Source: Geopsychrobacteraceae bacterium | Lineage (GTDB): Bacteria > Desulfobacterota > Desulfuromonadia > Desulfuromonadales > Geopsychrobacteraceae | Direction: 5' to 3' | NCBI GenBank assembly: GCA_963662315.1 | Contig: OY759353.1 | Span: forward strand, 512,001-576,000 | Length of the DNA stretch: 64,000 nt | Notes under the pieces: model-generated | What the model saw: only the letters and a program-made list of their open reading frames with translations | What the model was told of the DNA's origin: nothing | The model's database searches: none | Position numbers and translations under genes: made by a program | In this document: positions 52,147 through 62,018 of the stretch, in pieces | Position numbering within the stretch: the first letter of the stretch is position 1 | Layout: every line of letters starts with the position of its first letter

Positions 52147-53052
52147 TCAGGCGGCGGTTTTTCTCAGTTTTGCGGAGGCATAGCGGAAAAATTTATTGTG
52201 CCGAATCATTGTTTGAATCTCTTTAATATATTCTTCCCCACGCGTTGAATAGCGCAGCAACCCTTCCGATAACGATATCCCGTCTGGAGTGTCGCCAGCT
52301 TGACGCATTTCAGAACGGATCAGTCGGAATTCCCGATAAGCTTTGTGGGTATTCAGGTTGTGCAGATATGATCTGACTGAATCATAAACCGTATTGAACT
52401 TTTCAATTTCGTAGGTTTGCCCTTCCGGGCGTCCAGTCGGGACAATCCCTTGCCCCTGCTGATAGGTCCACTCACCAAAAAGATTGTTTGCGACCCGTGA
52501 AAATCTCGAGGTTCCCCAGGCAGACTCATTGGCCGCCTGAGCCAGAGCCAGATCAGGGGGAACCGTATCGATACGCATTTCCAGTTTCTTAAATATCTGT
52601 TCAGGGGAGTTTCTATCCATATTGACGCGATATCGCTCTGCCAGGGAACGCAACGCATGTTGCTGGCTGCCGCTGATGTGCTTATACAGGGAGTAGTTGC
52701 GTTTGATTTTTTCCAGGATGCTGCGCTCAATGCGAATTTCATTATTGGCAAGCAGTACCATGGGGAGCAGCGCACGGATGAATACCGATTTGCGTTTGTT
52801 GCTTGAGCTGACGTCACCAAGATCTTCAGGTAGATTACGCAAGATAATCGGGGGCACACCAGAGCTTAAATCTTCCAGGTGATAGCCGTAGCGTTTGAAT
52901 TGCATCTCCAGGGATGACACCGACTGCTCCCCCAGAATCTGAATATCTGGACCTTTGTAAATAGGAGCAGAGCTTTCAGTGCAGCTGGCCAGAACCAGCA
53001 CAAAAATAACGAGTGCCGGGATGAATATGGTGTGTATAATATTATTTTTCAT
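52147..53052 (-). CDS. Glucosaminidase-domain (Bax-like) lipoprotein
   Basis: Lipobox LASC, LAQAANESAWGTSRF, NNLFG, NLNTH and YSTRG motifs. Confidence 0.9.
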   Translation of the reverse strand: MKNNIIHTIFIPALVIFVLVLASCTESSAPIYKGPDIQILGEQSVSSLEMQFKRYGYHLEDLSSGVPPIILRNLPEDLGDVSSSNKRKSVFIRALLPMVLLANNEIRIERSILEKIKRNYSLYKHISGSQQHALRSLAERYRVNMDRNSPEQIFKKLEMRIDTVPPDLALAQAANESAWGTSRFSRVANNLFGEWTYQQGQGIVPTGRPEGQTYEIEKFNTVYDSVRSYLHNLNTHKAYREFRLIRSEMRQAGDTPDGISLSEGLLRYSTRGEEYIKEIQTMIRHNKFFRYASAKLRKTAA

Positions 53053-53244
53053 ACGTTTTATCTGTTGCTCGCGCAACAACAGCGCATGTATATATAGAAA
53101 TTACAAAGATTTGTCAATCATTTAAAATCCTGATTTCTCATATTTTACAATAGGTTTACCAGTAATTGAAATCCATGATCATTATAATTTTACAGGGAAA
53201 TCGGAAACGCCGTTAATCTGGTTCCTGAAGAAGGAATGCCGCTT

Positions 53245-53664
53245 ATGAAATCATACCGGAAAGAATTGTTTTTAAATGTCCCATCGCGGCGTGGATTCAT
53301 AAATATTACCAGAAATATTGAAAACTGTCTCAAGGACAGTGGCATCCGGGAAGGTTTACTGCTGTGCAACGCTATGCATATTACTGCGTCGGTGTTCATT
53401 AATGATGATGAAAAGGGATTGCATCAGGACTTTGAGCGCTGGCTCGAAGAGTTGGCTCCTCACGAACCATTACATCTTTATCGGCACAATAATACTGGGG
53501 AAGACAATGGCGATGCGCATTTGAAGCGCTCAATAATGGGGCGCGATGTTGTTGTTGCAGTGACAGATGGGAAGCTTGATTTCGGTCCCTGGGAGCAGGT
53601 GTTTTACGGAGAGTTCGACGGACGTCGGAAGAAAAGGGTACTGGTGAAAATTATTGGTGAGTGA
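53245..53664 (+). CDS. yjbQ: YjbQ/UPF0047 family protein
   Basis: HITAS, NGDAHLK and [13 protein letters not shown] motifs. Confidence 0.93.
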   Translation: MKSYRKELFLNVPSRRGFINITRNIENCLKDSGIREGLLLCNAMHITASVFINDDEKGLHQDFERWLEELAPHEPLHLYRHNNTGEDNGDAHLKRSIMGRDVVVAVTDGKLDFGPWEQVFYGEFDGRRKKRVLVKIIGE

Positions 53665-53712
53665 CTTGTTAATTAATTGTGTGCTAAGTTGTTGTAAACG
53701 CATAAAAAGTTA

Positions 53713-54014
53713 GTCACTGATTTACATAGATGAACGCAGATATAATTCGATTTAAAAGAGTCGATAGGATCGACAGGATAAGGTCTGATAAAAGTCAAAA
53801 ACTTAATGTCCACAGGGCATGCGTGGTACGGAAAATATAGTCAAAATAATAGATGTTTTTGTTTTTGGCCTAATTTTTTTGCGATGTATTCGACTTTACT
53901 GCCGTGATATCGGTGTTTTTTTCTGGCTTTAATCGTTTTAAATCAGATTTACCCTGTTGATGCCGGCAAAAATGATTGTGGATTTATCTGAGTAAATCTG
54001 TGTCCGTCTGTGGC
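53713..54014. repeat. Nested inverted-repeat element built from 10-bp and 9-bp periodic units
   Basis: Left arm CACTGATTTA/CATAGATGAA/CGCAGATATA; right arm TTTATCTGAG/TAAATCTGTG/TCCGTCTGTG; inner pair 53763-53789 with 53942-53967. Confidence 0.65.
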
Positions 54015-54036
54015 AAATTGAAAGAGGATTATCTCA

Positions 54037-54201
54037 ATGGAAACCATCAAAACCGCCAGTTTTGAATATCTGATCAGTCTTGCCAAAGAAAATTCTAACG
54101 GAGGTTATACTTTTGTTCTGGATGGCTCGAGTTATCAGATTCAGGATGTCCTGGAAATATCAAGAATTGCAGAAAAGCATGGCTATATTGTAATCTATTG
54201 A
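54037..54201 (+). CDS. Small hypothetical protein (54 aa; below the ORF-track cutoff)
   Basis: GAGGA RBS followed by METIKTASFEYLISLAKENSNGGYTFVLDGSSYQIQDVLEISRIAEKHGYIVIY*. Confidence 0.75.
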   Translation: METIKTASFEYLISLAKENSNGGYTFVLDGSSYQIQDVLEISRIAEKHGYIVIY

Positions 54202-54251
54202 TAAAAAGCTAGGCTGTAATGTAATTTTTAACCGAATTAGAGGAGATGCCG

Positions 54252-54749
54252 ATGTCTGACCACTTAGAAGAAATGGGTTTGAAAAAGGGAGTCTGCTACA
54301 CTCTGGAAGTTGCTCTAGAAAAAGCCATCATTATGGAAGAACGTGGCTTCCGTAATTATATTCGTGCTATTCAGTTGGTCGAGGATAAACAAGCTAAAGA
54401 AATACTTCGCGATGCGGCAAAAGAAGAATTGGAGCATAAGCATCGTATTGAACTCGCTTTGCTGGAAGGGCATGATCATCATGCTGCAATTCTGAGCCAG
54501 GAATTGCCGACTATGAACCTGGATTATGTTTTTGATCAGAAAGATATCGAACCTGGAGCTGACGCCAGGAAATCGCTTGCCTATGCAATCCATCTGGAAA
54601 AGGGTGCGGTCGACTTTTATAAAGCTCTGATTAGTGGGTGTGAAGGGGCACCGATGGCTCCTTTGTTTCAACGGATGTTGGCAGATGAGACCAAGCATTT
54701 GAAAACGCTTGAGGATTATTATGAGCGGTTGTTTTTGACGGAAAATTAA
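54252..54749 (+). CDS. Ferritin-like / rubrerythrin-family di-iron protein
   Basis: Two E...ExxH motifs (AIIMEE..EELEH; AIHLEK..DETKH). Confidence 0.88.
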   Translation: MSDHLEEMGLKKGVCYTLEVALEKAIIMEERGFRNYIRAIQLVEDKQAKEILRDAAKEELEHKHRIELALLEGHDHHAAILSQELPTMNLDYVFDQKDIEPGADARKSLAYAIHLEKGAVDFYKALISGCEGAPMAPLFQRMLADETKHLKTLEDYYERLFLTEN

Positions 54750-54826
54750 AAAAATATCCTTGTCTCATTAACGTTTATTATATCTAAGCAAAATAGTCAC
54801 TAATGGCTTTTGGCGGAGACACTGAT

Positions 54827-54923
54827 TGTCGGTAAATTTTACATAGACTTTCTTGATTTGTTTCATCGTGAATTTTAACATATTGCAATGATAGGGATTC
54901 TTTTCTGTTGGCCTAGAGTTTGC
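54827..54923 (+). promoter_or_regulatory. Sigma54 promoter with upstream enhancer for the PEP-CTERM gene
   Basis: TGGCCT-N5-TTGC (-24/-12) at 54909-54923; TGT-N11-ACA ending TTTACA at 54827-54843. Confidence 0.7.
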
Positions 54924-54969
54924 GTGTTTATAATGTAGACTCTTCAGATCTTCAGAAAGGAGGTTGCAA

Positions 54970-55560
54970 ATGAAAACTTTTATATTAACCCTTTGTACCG
55001 CATGCTTTTTGTTTATTGCTTCAAATGCTTTAGCCTTAAGTTTTGGTTCTGTTGAATATTATATTAGCAGTGGTGATGCTGCGACTGTGTACAGTGGCAC
55101 TTATCTTTTTACCTCAGTAACTCCTGGGAACGATAACCCGACAACTCTTAGCCCCTACCTTTCAGACTTTGTAGGGCTGATAAATACAATGATCGAGCCT
55201 GATGTCGGCACGTTCGATCTTTATGATAAGCTTGATGCTCCTGCTACAACTGGTTCCGATATGGCGGTTACTTATTACTCTGGTAATAAGACGGGTGAAT
55301 GGACGACTGAAGATCCTGTCCAGTTTTACACTGTTAAAGCCTCTACAGAGTTTGCAGTGTATTGGTTGGATCCGGCTTCAACTTTTGGATATTGGAGTAC
55401 TGAACATCTTCGTAATGGTGGCGGTAATATTCCTAGTATTTCCCACCTTTCGATGTGGAATTCAACAGATGAGCCTCCTCCGGTTCCTGAGCCTGCTACC
55501 TTCATTTTGTTAGGTGGTGGTTTAGTCGGTCTAGCCTTTTACCGGCGCCGTCAAAAGTAA
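54970..55560 (+). CDS. PEP-CTERM sorting-domain surface protein
   Basis: Signal peptide (..SNALA), Ser/Thr-rich body and C-terminus PVPEPATFILLGGGLVGLAFYRRRQK. Confidence 0.95.
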   Translation: MKTFILTLCTACFLFIASNALALSFGSVEYYISSGDAATVYSGTYLFTSVTPGNDNPTTLSPYLSDFVGLINTMIEPDVGTFDLYDKLDAPATTGSDMAVTYYSGNKTGEWTTEDPVQFYTVKASTEFAVYWLDPASTFGYWSTEHLRNGGGNIPSISHLSMWNSTDEPPPVPEPATFILLGGGLVGLAFYRRRQK

Positions 55561-55587
55561 ATAGTATTCATGAAATGTCTGCTTATC

Positions 55588-55619
55588 AAAGCCCTCAACG
55601 GAGTAGTTGGGGGCTTTTT
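55588..55619 (+). terminator. Rho-independent terminator
   Basis: AAAGCCCTCAAC/GTTGGGGGCTTT stem plus T run. Confidence 0.75.
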
Positions 55620-55645
55620 GTCGTAAAAGTTTACATCCATAGATC

Positions 55646-55674
55646 TTGACAATCCGTATTCCAGTTTTTATCCT
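55646..55674 (+). promoter_or_regulatory. Sigma70-type promoter of htpG
   Basis: TTGACA-N17-TATCCT. Confidence 0.55.
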
Positions 55675-55723
55675 TAGTGGTTCCGAAAACAACCAAAATT
55701 AAACATTTAGGAGGAATTTGCAT

Positions 55724-57565
55724 ATGTCTGACAAGGTGACAAGGGAAGAAGGAAACATTTCCATTCACACGGAAAATATCTTTCCGATCATCAAGAAGTG
55801 GCTTTACAGTGAAAAGGAAATTTTTCTACGTGAACTGGTTTCCAACGCTGTTGATGCTATCCACAAATTGCAGAATATCAACCTGATTGAAGGGCTGAAA
55901 ATCAGTGACGATTATAAGGTTGATATTGCTATTGATAAAGACGCCGGTACTATTACCATCAGTGATAATGGTATCGGGATGACAGCTGATGAGGTCAAAA
56001 AGTACATTAACCAGGTTGCTTTTTCATCTGCAGAGGATTTTATTGAGAAATTCAAGGATCTTGAAGATAAAAATCAGATTATCGGCCATTTTGGCTTAGG
56101 TTTTTATTCCAGCTTTATGGTGGCGAAGTCTGTCGAAATTAAAACCCTGTCTTACCAGGTCGGGGCAGAAGCCGTTCACTGGAGCTGCGATGGAACAACC
56201 AGTTTTACTCTTGAGGTCACAGAAAAAGATTCTCGGGGCACCGATATTATCCTGACCTTGATGGATGAAGAGAAAGAATTTCTGGAAGCTGAAACTGTCA
56301 AGACAACCCTCAAGAAATTCTGTAACTTTTTGCCTGTATCCATCAATCTTGCGGGTGAGGAGGTTAACGATAAAAATCCTCTCTGGACCAAGTCTGCTTC
56401 AGAAGTTACTGACGAAGAGTACAAAGAATTCTATAAAAAGCTTTATCCTTTTTCGGATGAGCCTCTCTTCTGGATTCATCTGAATATCGATTTTCCATTT
56501 AATCTTAAGGGGATTGTCTACTTCCCACGCCTGACTAACGAATTTGATCTGACCAAGAGTCATATCAAACTGTTCTGTAATCAGGTATTTGTTTCCGACA
56601 ATACTCCAGAATTGATCCCCGAGTTCCTTACCCCGCTGCAAGGCTGTCTGGACGCACCTGATCTGCCATTGAATGTATCGCGGAGTTACCTGCAGAATGA
56701 ACCTCAGGTGCGTAAGATTCGTGAAGTCATCAGCGGTCGAGTTGCTTCTAAGATTGTTGAACTCGCCAAGCAGGATCGTGACATCTTCGCCCCGATCTGG
56801 GAGGATATTCATACCTTTGTCAAATATGGCATGATGCGCGAAGATAAGTTTTACGAAAAGGTTAAAGATAAGGTTATCTACCGCACCACGGCAGAAGTTA
56901 AATATACGACTTTGCCTGAATATCTTGAGCGAGCCAAAGAAAAGCACGAAAACAAGGTATACTATGCCAATGATGAAGGAACTCAGGCAACATATCTGAA
57001 GCTATTCAAGTCTCAGGGAATGGAAGCGTTGATTCTTGATGCTCTTATTGACAATCACTTTATTCAGTTTCTGGAATCGAAGAACAGCGATGTCAAATTT
57101 GAGCGGGTTGACTCTGATATTACCGAGAATCTTCTCTCTGATGATTCTTCCAGTAAGATCGTTTCAGGAGAAGATGGCAAAACCAAAGAAGAAAAGATTG
57201 AGCAAGCATTTAAGGATCACTTGGATATCAAAGGCTTGTTTATCCGCATCGAAGCCCTTAAGGATGATACTGTCCCAGGCATGATCCTGTTGAACGAGCA
57301 ATCCCGGCGTTTCAAAGAGATGATGCGGAATATGGGGCAGGGGGGCGAAATGCCCGATATGTTTGCCGAGCACACTCTTATGGTTAATACTGCCAGCCCG
57401 GCCATAGCTAAAATAATGCAACTCAAGGAAAAAGGTGATAATGAAACTGCGGACATGTTAATTGATCAGATTTACGACCTGGCCATGTTGTCTCATCAGG
57501 CGATCAACAAAGACCGCATGGCTGCCTTCCTGGAGCGGAGTGGTAAGCTGATCGGGATGGTTTGA
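55724..57565 (+). CDS. htpG: Chaperone HtpG (Hsp90)
   Basis: YSEKEIFLRELVSNA, DNGIGM, IGHFGLGFYS and PLNVSRS motifs. Confidence 0.97.
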   Translation: MSDKVTREEGNISIHTENIFPIIKKWLYSEKEIFLRELVSNAVDAIHKLQNINLIEGLKISDDYKVDIAIDKDAGTITISDNGIGMTADEVKKYINQVAFSSAEDFIEKFKDLEDKNQIIGHFGLGFYSSFMVAKSVEIKTLSYQVGAEAVHWSCDGTTSFTLEVTEKDSRGTDIILTLMDEEKEFLEAETVKTTLKKFCNFLPVSINLAGEEVNDKNPLWTKSASEVTDEEYKEFYKKLYPFSDEPLFWIHLNIDFPFNLKGIVYFPRLTNEFDLTKSHIKLFCNQVFVSDNTPELIPEFLTPLQGCLDAPDLPLNVSRSYLQNEPQVRKIREVISGRVASKIVELAKQDRDIFAPIWEDIHTFVKYGMMREDKFYEKVKDKVIYRTTAEVKYTTLPEYLERAKEKHENKVYYANDEGTQATYLKLFKSQGMEALILDALIDNHFIQFLESKNSDVKFERVDSDITENLLSDDSSSKIVSGEDGKTKEEKIEQAFKDHLDIKGLFIRIEALKDDTVPGMILLNEQSRRFKEMMRNMGQGGEMPDMFAEHTLMVNTASPAIAKIMQLKEKGDNETADMLIDQIYDLAMLSHQAINKDRMAAFLERSGKLIGMV

Positions 57566-57592
57566 CGTCTTATAAAATTAATAGCAACCACG

Positions 57593-57621
57593 ACCGGGTC
57601 CTTTGTGGCCCGGTTTTTTTT
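57593..57621 (+). terminator. Rho-independent terminator after htpG
   Basis: ACCGGGTC/GGCCCGGT stem plus T run. Confidence 0.8.
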
Positions 57622-57696
57622 GACCACGGAAAAAGGCCTTAATCTTTGGTATTGAAAATCCCTACTTTGTATTTTTTGTGAACCAATATCTTTTAT

Positions 57697-57728
57697 CTTG
57701 TCAGCGTTTATCTGTGAAAATCAGTGGC
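57697..57728 (-). repeat. 10-bp periodic repeat arm (same family as 53713)
   Basis: Minus strand GC-CACTGATTTT-CACAGATAAA-CGCTGACAAG. Confidence 0.65.
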
Positions 57729-57740
57729 TAAAAAAAGCAG

Positions 57741-58214
57741 TTAATCAAGCTGTCCAGTCTGACGCAGAGCCTCATAAAGAATAATCGCTGCTGAATTGGC
57801 AAGGTTCAGACTTCTTACTGCCGGGCTGAAGATGGGGATCCTTAGAGTTTGATCAATGTTGGCGTCAATCAAGTCGTCGGGCAATCCTTTGGTTTCTTTG
57901 CCGAATACAAGAAAATCGCCAGCTTTAAAATCTGCAGTCGTATGAGTCTTTACTGCCTTTTTAGACGTGTACCAGAAGCGTCCTTCCGGATATTCAGATT
58001 GAAGCTCAGTCAAGTTTTTCCACAGGTGTAATTTTACTTCGGGCCAATAATCTAGGCCTGCACGTTTCATGTGCTTATCGTCCAGGGAAAAACCAAGTTT
58101 TCCAACCAGGTGTAAGTGTGTCCCTGTTGCTGCACATAAACGTCCGATATTTCCTGTGTTAGGAGGGATCTCGGGCTCAATCAGGACTATATGGAAGGGT
58201 TCGGTTTCTCGCAT
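57741..58214 (-). CDS. trmL: tRNA (cytidine/uridine-34-2'-O)-methyltransferase
   Basis: PEIPPNTGNIGR, RAGLDYW, FGKETKGL and RSLNLAN motifs. Confidence 0.96.
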   Translation of the reverse strand: MRETEPFHIVLIEPEIPPNTGNIGRLCAATGTHLHLVGKLGFSLDDKHMKRAGLDYWPEVKLHLWKNLTELQSEYPEGRFWYTSKKAVKTHTTADFKAGDFLVFGKETKGLPDDLIDANIDQTLRIPIFSPAVRSLNLANSAAIILYEALRQTGQLD

Positions 58215-58395
58215 AGCGCGAAAACATATCACAGTAAGATTGGATTAGAAAGAGAATCTTCACATTGCTGGGACAGTTAGCAATCAATTTGCGGTAGAAA
58301 TAACAATAAAGGCTCTATTTATGGTGTGTCAGACGCACCACACAGCAGAGCCTTGGATATGGATGTTTTTAGAATGGGATCGAATAGCCTTTAGG

Positions 58396-58620
58396 CTAAT
58401 GCATTTCTAAAATCTGATCCATTTTAAGTAGATTAGTCCGTCTTTCGGGGCCTGCATAACTACGATGTTTAGCCATACCACGCAGTGGCCCTGTCTTTAT
58501 GTCGACCCATCCATCGCTACGCCTGAATTTTGTTATTTTTTCTTCTTCAATCAGTCGATTAAGGATAAAATCTTTGACCATGTCGTGCTTGCCATCGTGG
58601 TAAATAACGGATATCAGCAC
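58396..58620 (-). CDS. Small GSU3473-like family protein
   Basis: MLISVIY.DG..DMVK...L..LI...I.KF.RSDGWV...Y.GPERR pattern; AAGGAG RBS and GTG start. Confidence 0.8.
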   Translation of the reverse strand: MLISVIYHDGKHDMVKDFILNRLIEEEKITKFRRSDGWVDIKTGPLRGMAKHRSYAGPERRTNLLKMDQILEMH

Positions 58621-58750
58621 ATTTCGCTCCTTTTGTTCGCTGTGTCAGACTATAACCCCCTTGCAAATATTCTGCAAAGATCAAGCCGTTGCGCTATAAG
58701 TGTGCGATCTCGGCAAGTTAAGAAGCGTTTCTAGAATTTGTCGAAAAAAT

Positions 58751-60220
58751 TTACAACTTGTTTTGCTCATATTGCGAGGTGATAGCTGTATAGCCTCCTT
58801 GGTCGGATGGAATCAGGTGTAAAATATTGTTGATACAGTTTATGCGATCTTGTGGTGCGTGAGTGACATAAAGAATTTGTGTAGAGCCTTTGCTGGCTAA
58901 AATGTCGATAACGCGCAGAATCATTTCCCGGTTAATTTCATCAAGGCCTTGGCATGGTTCATCTAAAATCAAAATTTCGGGATGTTTAATCATGGCGCGG
59001 GCTAGAAGTACCAGACGTTGTTCGCCAAAGGACAATTTTTGATATGCTTTATTTGCTAGGTCTGGCATCTGTAAAATATTCAGCCATTCAAGGGCAATGT
59101 TTTTTTCAGCATTAGAAACTTTACGATAGATCCCGACAGAATCAAAAAAACCAGAAACGACAACGCTTAATGCTGTACCGGAAACCCGGTAGCTCCTTTG
59201 GAATGCCGTTGAGATGATACCGATTCTCTTTTTGATGTCCCAGATGCTCTCTCCCATCCCTTTTTGTTGTCCAAAAAGTCGGATGTCGTTGGAGTAAGAT
59301 TGTGTGTTTTCACCAGAAATTAAGTTTAGCAGGGTTGTCTTTCCTGATCCGTTCGGGCCTGTTATGATCCAATGTTCTCCAGGTTTTACTTCCCAGTTCA
59401 GGTTTGTCAGGATCGGTTTTCCTACATAGGAAACGCAGATATTTTTCATGACGATGGGTGATGCGTGGGTTTCAATACCTGCGCGTGGATAAATCATGTC
59501 GGGCAGTTTGGTGGGAATGCTGGTCTGCAGGGATATTAATCTATTTAGTGTGACTGATTCCCGGACTGATTGTTTGTCTCCGGCAATCACGATTTTTCCC
59601 TGTTGCATATACGCAAGGGAGGTTACTTCCGACAGTACCTCGCTAAAGCGATTCAGGAGCAAAATGATATTTGTACCATCTTTTAACACCTCCTTGATCA
59701 GAATCTGTAATGAAACGTTTGACTCGCTGTCAAGACCATCAAATGGTTCATCTAAAACTATATGAGAAGGCCTGTCCAGAAGGGCTTTGCAGATAAGGGC
59801 CTTTCTCATTTCCCCGGTAGAGAGAAATTTAATTCCTCGCTCTAAAATATGTGAAAATTTAAGCTTCAGGGCGAGGGCGTCAAGTTCCTGTTTGTAAGCA
59901 TTCTTGCCCGCCAGAATAAAATCACGAGTCAGGGTTCCGGTGTCAGCTCCGCCCAGAAATTCAGAATCGTCCTTATACTGTTCCTGTTCAAGGACTTCAC
60001 TTACTGACTCAAAAGAAACAAATGTCGTATTTTCTAACTCCATATCGCCTGATGAGGGAGTTAATTGCTGGCATAATAACCGGCCAAGGGCAGATTTTCC
60101 ACTACCATTCGGTCCTAAGATAGCCCAGCATTGTTCTGGTTTAATAGAGAGGGAAATGTTTTCCAGGCAAAGTTTTTTATTGTAATGCGCTGAAACATCT
60201 TTAAGGGTGATGGTTGGCAA
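58751..60220 (-). CDS. modF: ModF-like double ABC ATPase
   Basis: Two GPNGSGK Walker A motifs, LSTGE/LSFGEQR, LDEP twice and IWDIKKRIG. Confidence 0.88.
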   Translation of the reverse strand: MPTITLKDVSAHYNKKLCLENISLSIKPEQCWAILGPNGSGKSALGRLLCQQLTPSSGDMELENTTFVSFESVSEVLEQEQYKDDSEFLGGADTGTLTRDFILAGKNAYKQELDALALKLKFSHILERGIKFLSTGEMRKALICKALLDRPSHIVLDEPFDGLDSESNVSLQILIKEVLKDGTNIILLLNRFSEVLSEVTSLAYMQQGKIVIAGDKQSVRESVTLNRLISLQTSIPTKLPDMIYPRAGIETHASPIVMKNICVSYVGKPILTNLNWEVKPGEHWIITGPNGSGKTTLLNLISGENTQSYSNDIRLFGQQKGMGESIWDIKKRIGIISTAFQRSYRVSGTALSVVVSGFFDSVGIYRKVSNAEKNIALEWLNILQMPDLANKAYQKLSFGEQRLVLLARAMIKHPEILILDEPCQGLDEINREMILRVIDILASKGSTQILYVTHAPQDRINCINNILHLIPSDQGGYTAITSQYEQNKL

Positions 60221-60325
60221 GGTGCTTATCCCCTTTATAAATATGGAGGGCTTGTGCTCCGTTAGTAAGTCCTGATTGTTAAAATGTAAGAGGTCTTTTT
60301 ATCTGGTTAAGAGAGTATATGCTAC

Positions 60326-60357
60326 AAAAAAATCCCCCTACATAAATGAAGGGGGAT
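60326..60357 (-). terminator. Rho-independent terminator after the metY paralogue
   Basis: Minus strand ATCCCCCT..AGGGGGAT plus T run. Confidence 0.75.
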
Positions 60358-60391
60358 CGTCCTAACTTGATAGCTGATCCATTCTGTATGT

Positions 60392-61687
<1,296 letters not shown>

Positions 61688-61718
61688 TCACTCCTTCTTA
61701 CGTGTGTAGCGGGTTGCT

Positions 61719-61743
61719 ATTATTTACTAGAATGGTAAAGAAT
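61719..61743. promoter_or_regulatory. 25-bp palindromic operator, Rrf2 (IscR/CymR)-like
   Basis: ATTATTTACTAGAATGGTAAAGAAT, an imperfect palindrome ~35 bp upstream of the metY start. Confidence 0.55.
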
Positions 61744-61851
61744 GATTATCTATAGCAATTGGAGAAGGAATGTGCAAGGGGTAAACTTGGTGTGATGGGA
61801 AAATATATTTAATTAAGCAGGGATGGATACGAAAACTCTCATACATTAACC

Positions 61852-61946
61852 CTCTCGCAAAGTACGCAGGGAACGCAAAGAAAAACCTTTCATATTTTCC
61901 TCGGCGATCTCTGCGTACTTTAGTGAGCGGAGCGAATGAGCGTGGG
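61852..61946. repeat. Inverted-repeat element with 9-bp periodic units
   Basis: CGCAAAGTA/CGCAGGGAA/CGCAAAGAA ... CCTCGGCG/ATCTCTGCG/TACTTTAGTG, followed by GAGCGGAGCGAATGAGCGTG. Confidence 0.65.
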
Positions 61947-62018
61947 AAGATGTTGTTGCGGTGCTAAAGTGTTAATATTTTTTTTAGCGAAAATCCGTAG
62001 TCATGCGTTGAAAAAAAA

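Noticed and set aside
53713..54014. CRISPR array interpretation of the periodic repeats
   Set aside because: The units are 9-10 bp, contiguous and inverted, with no spacers and no cas genes.
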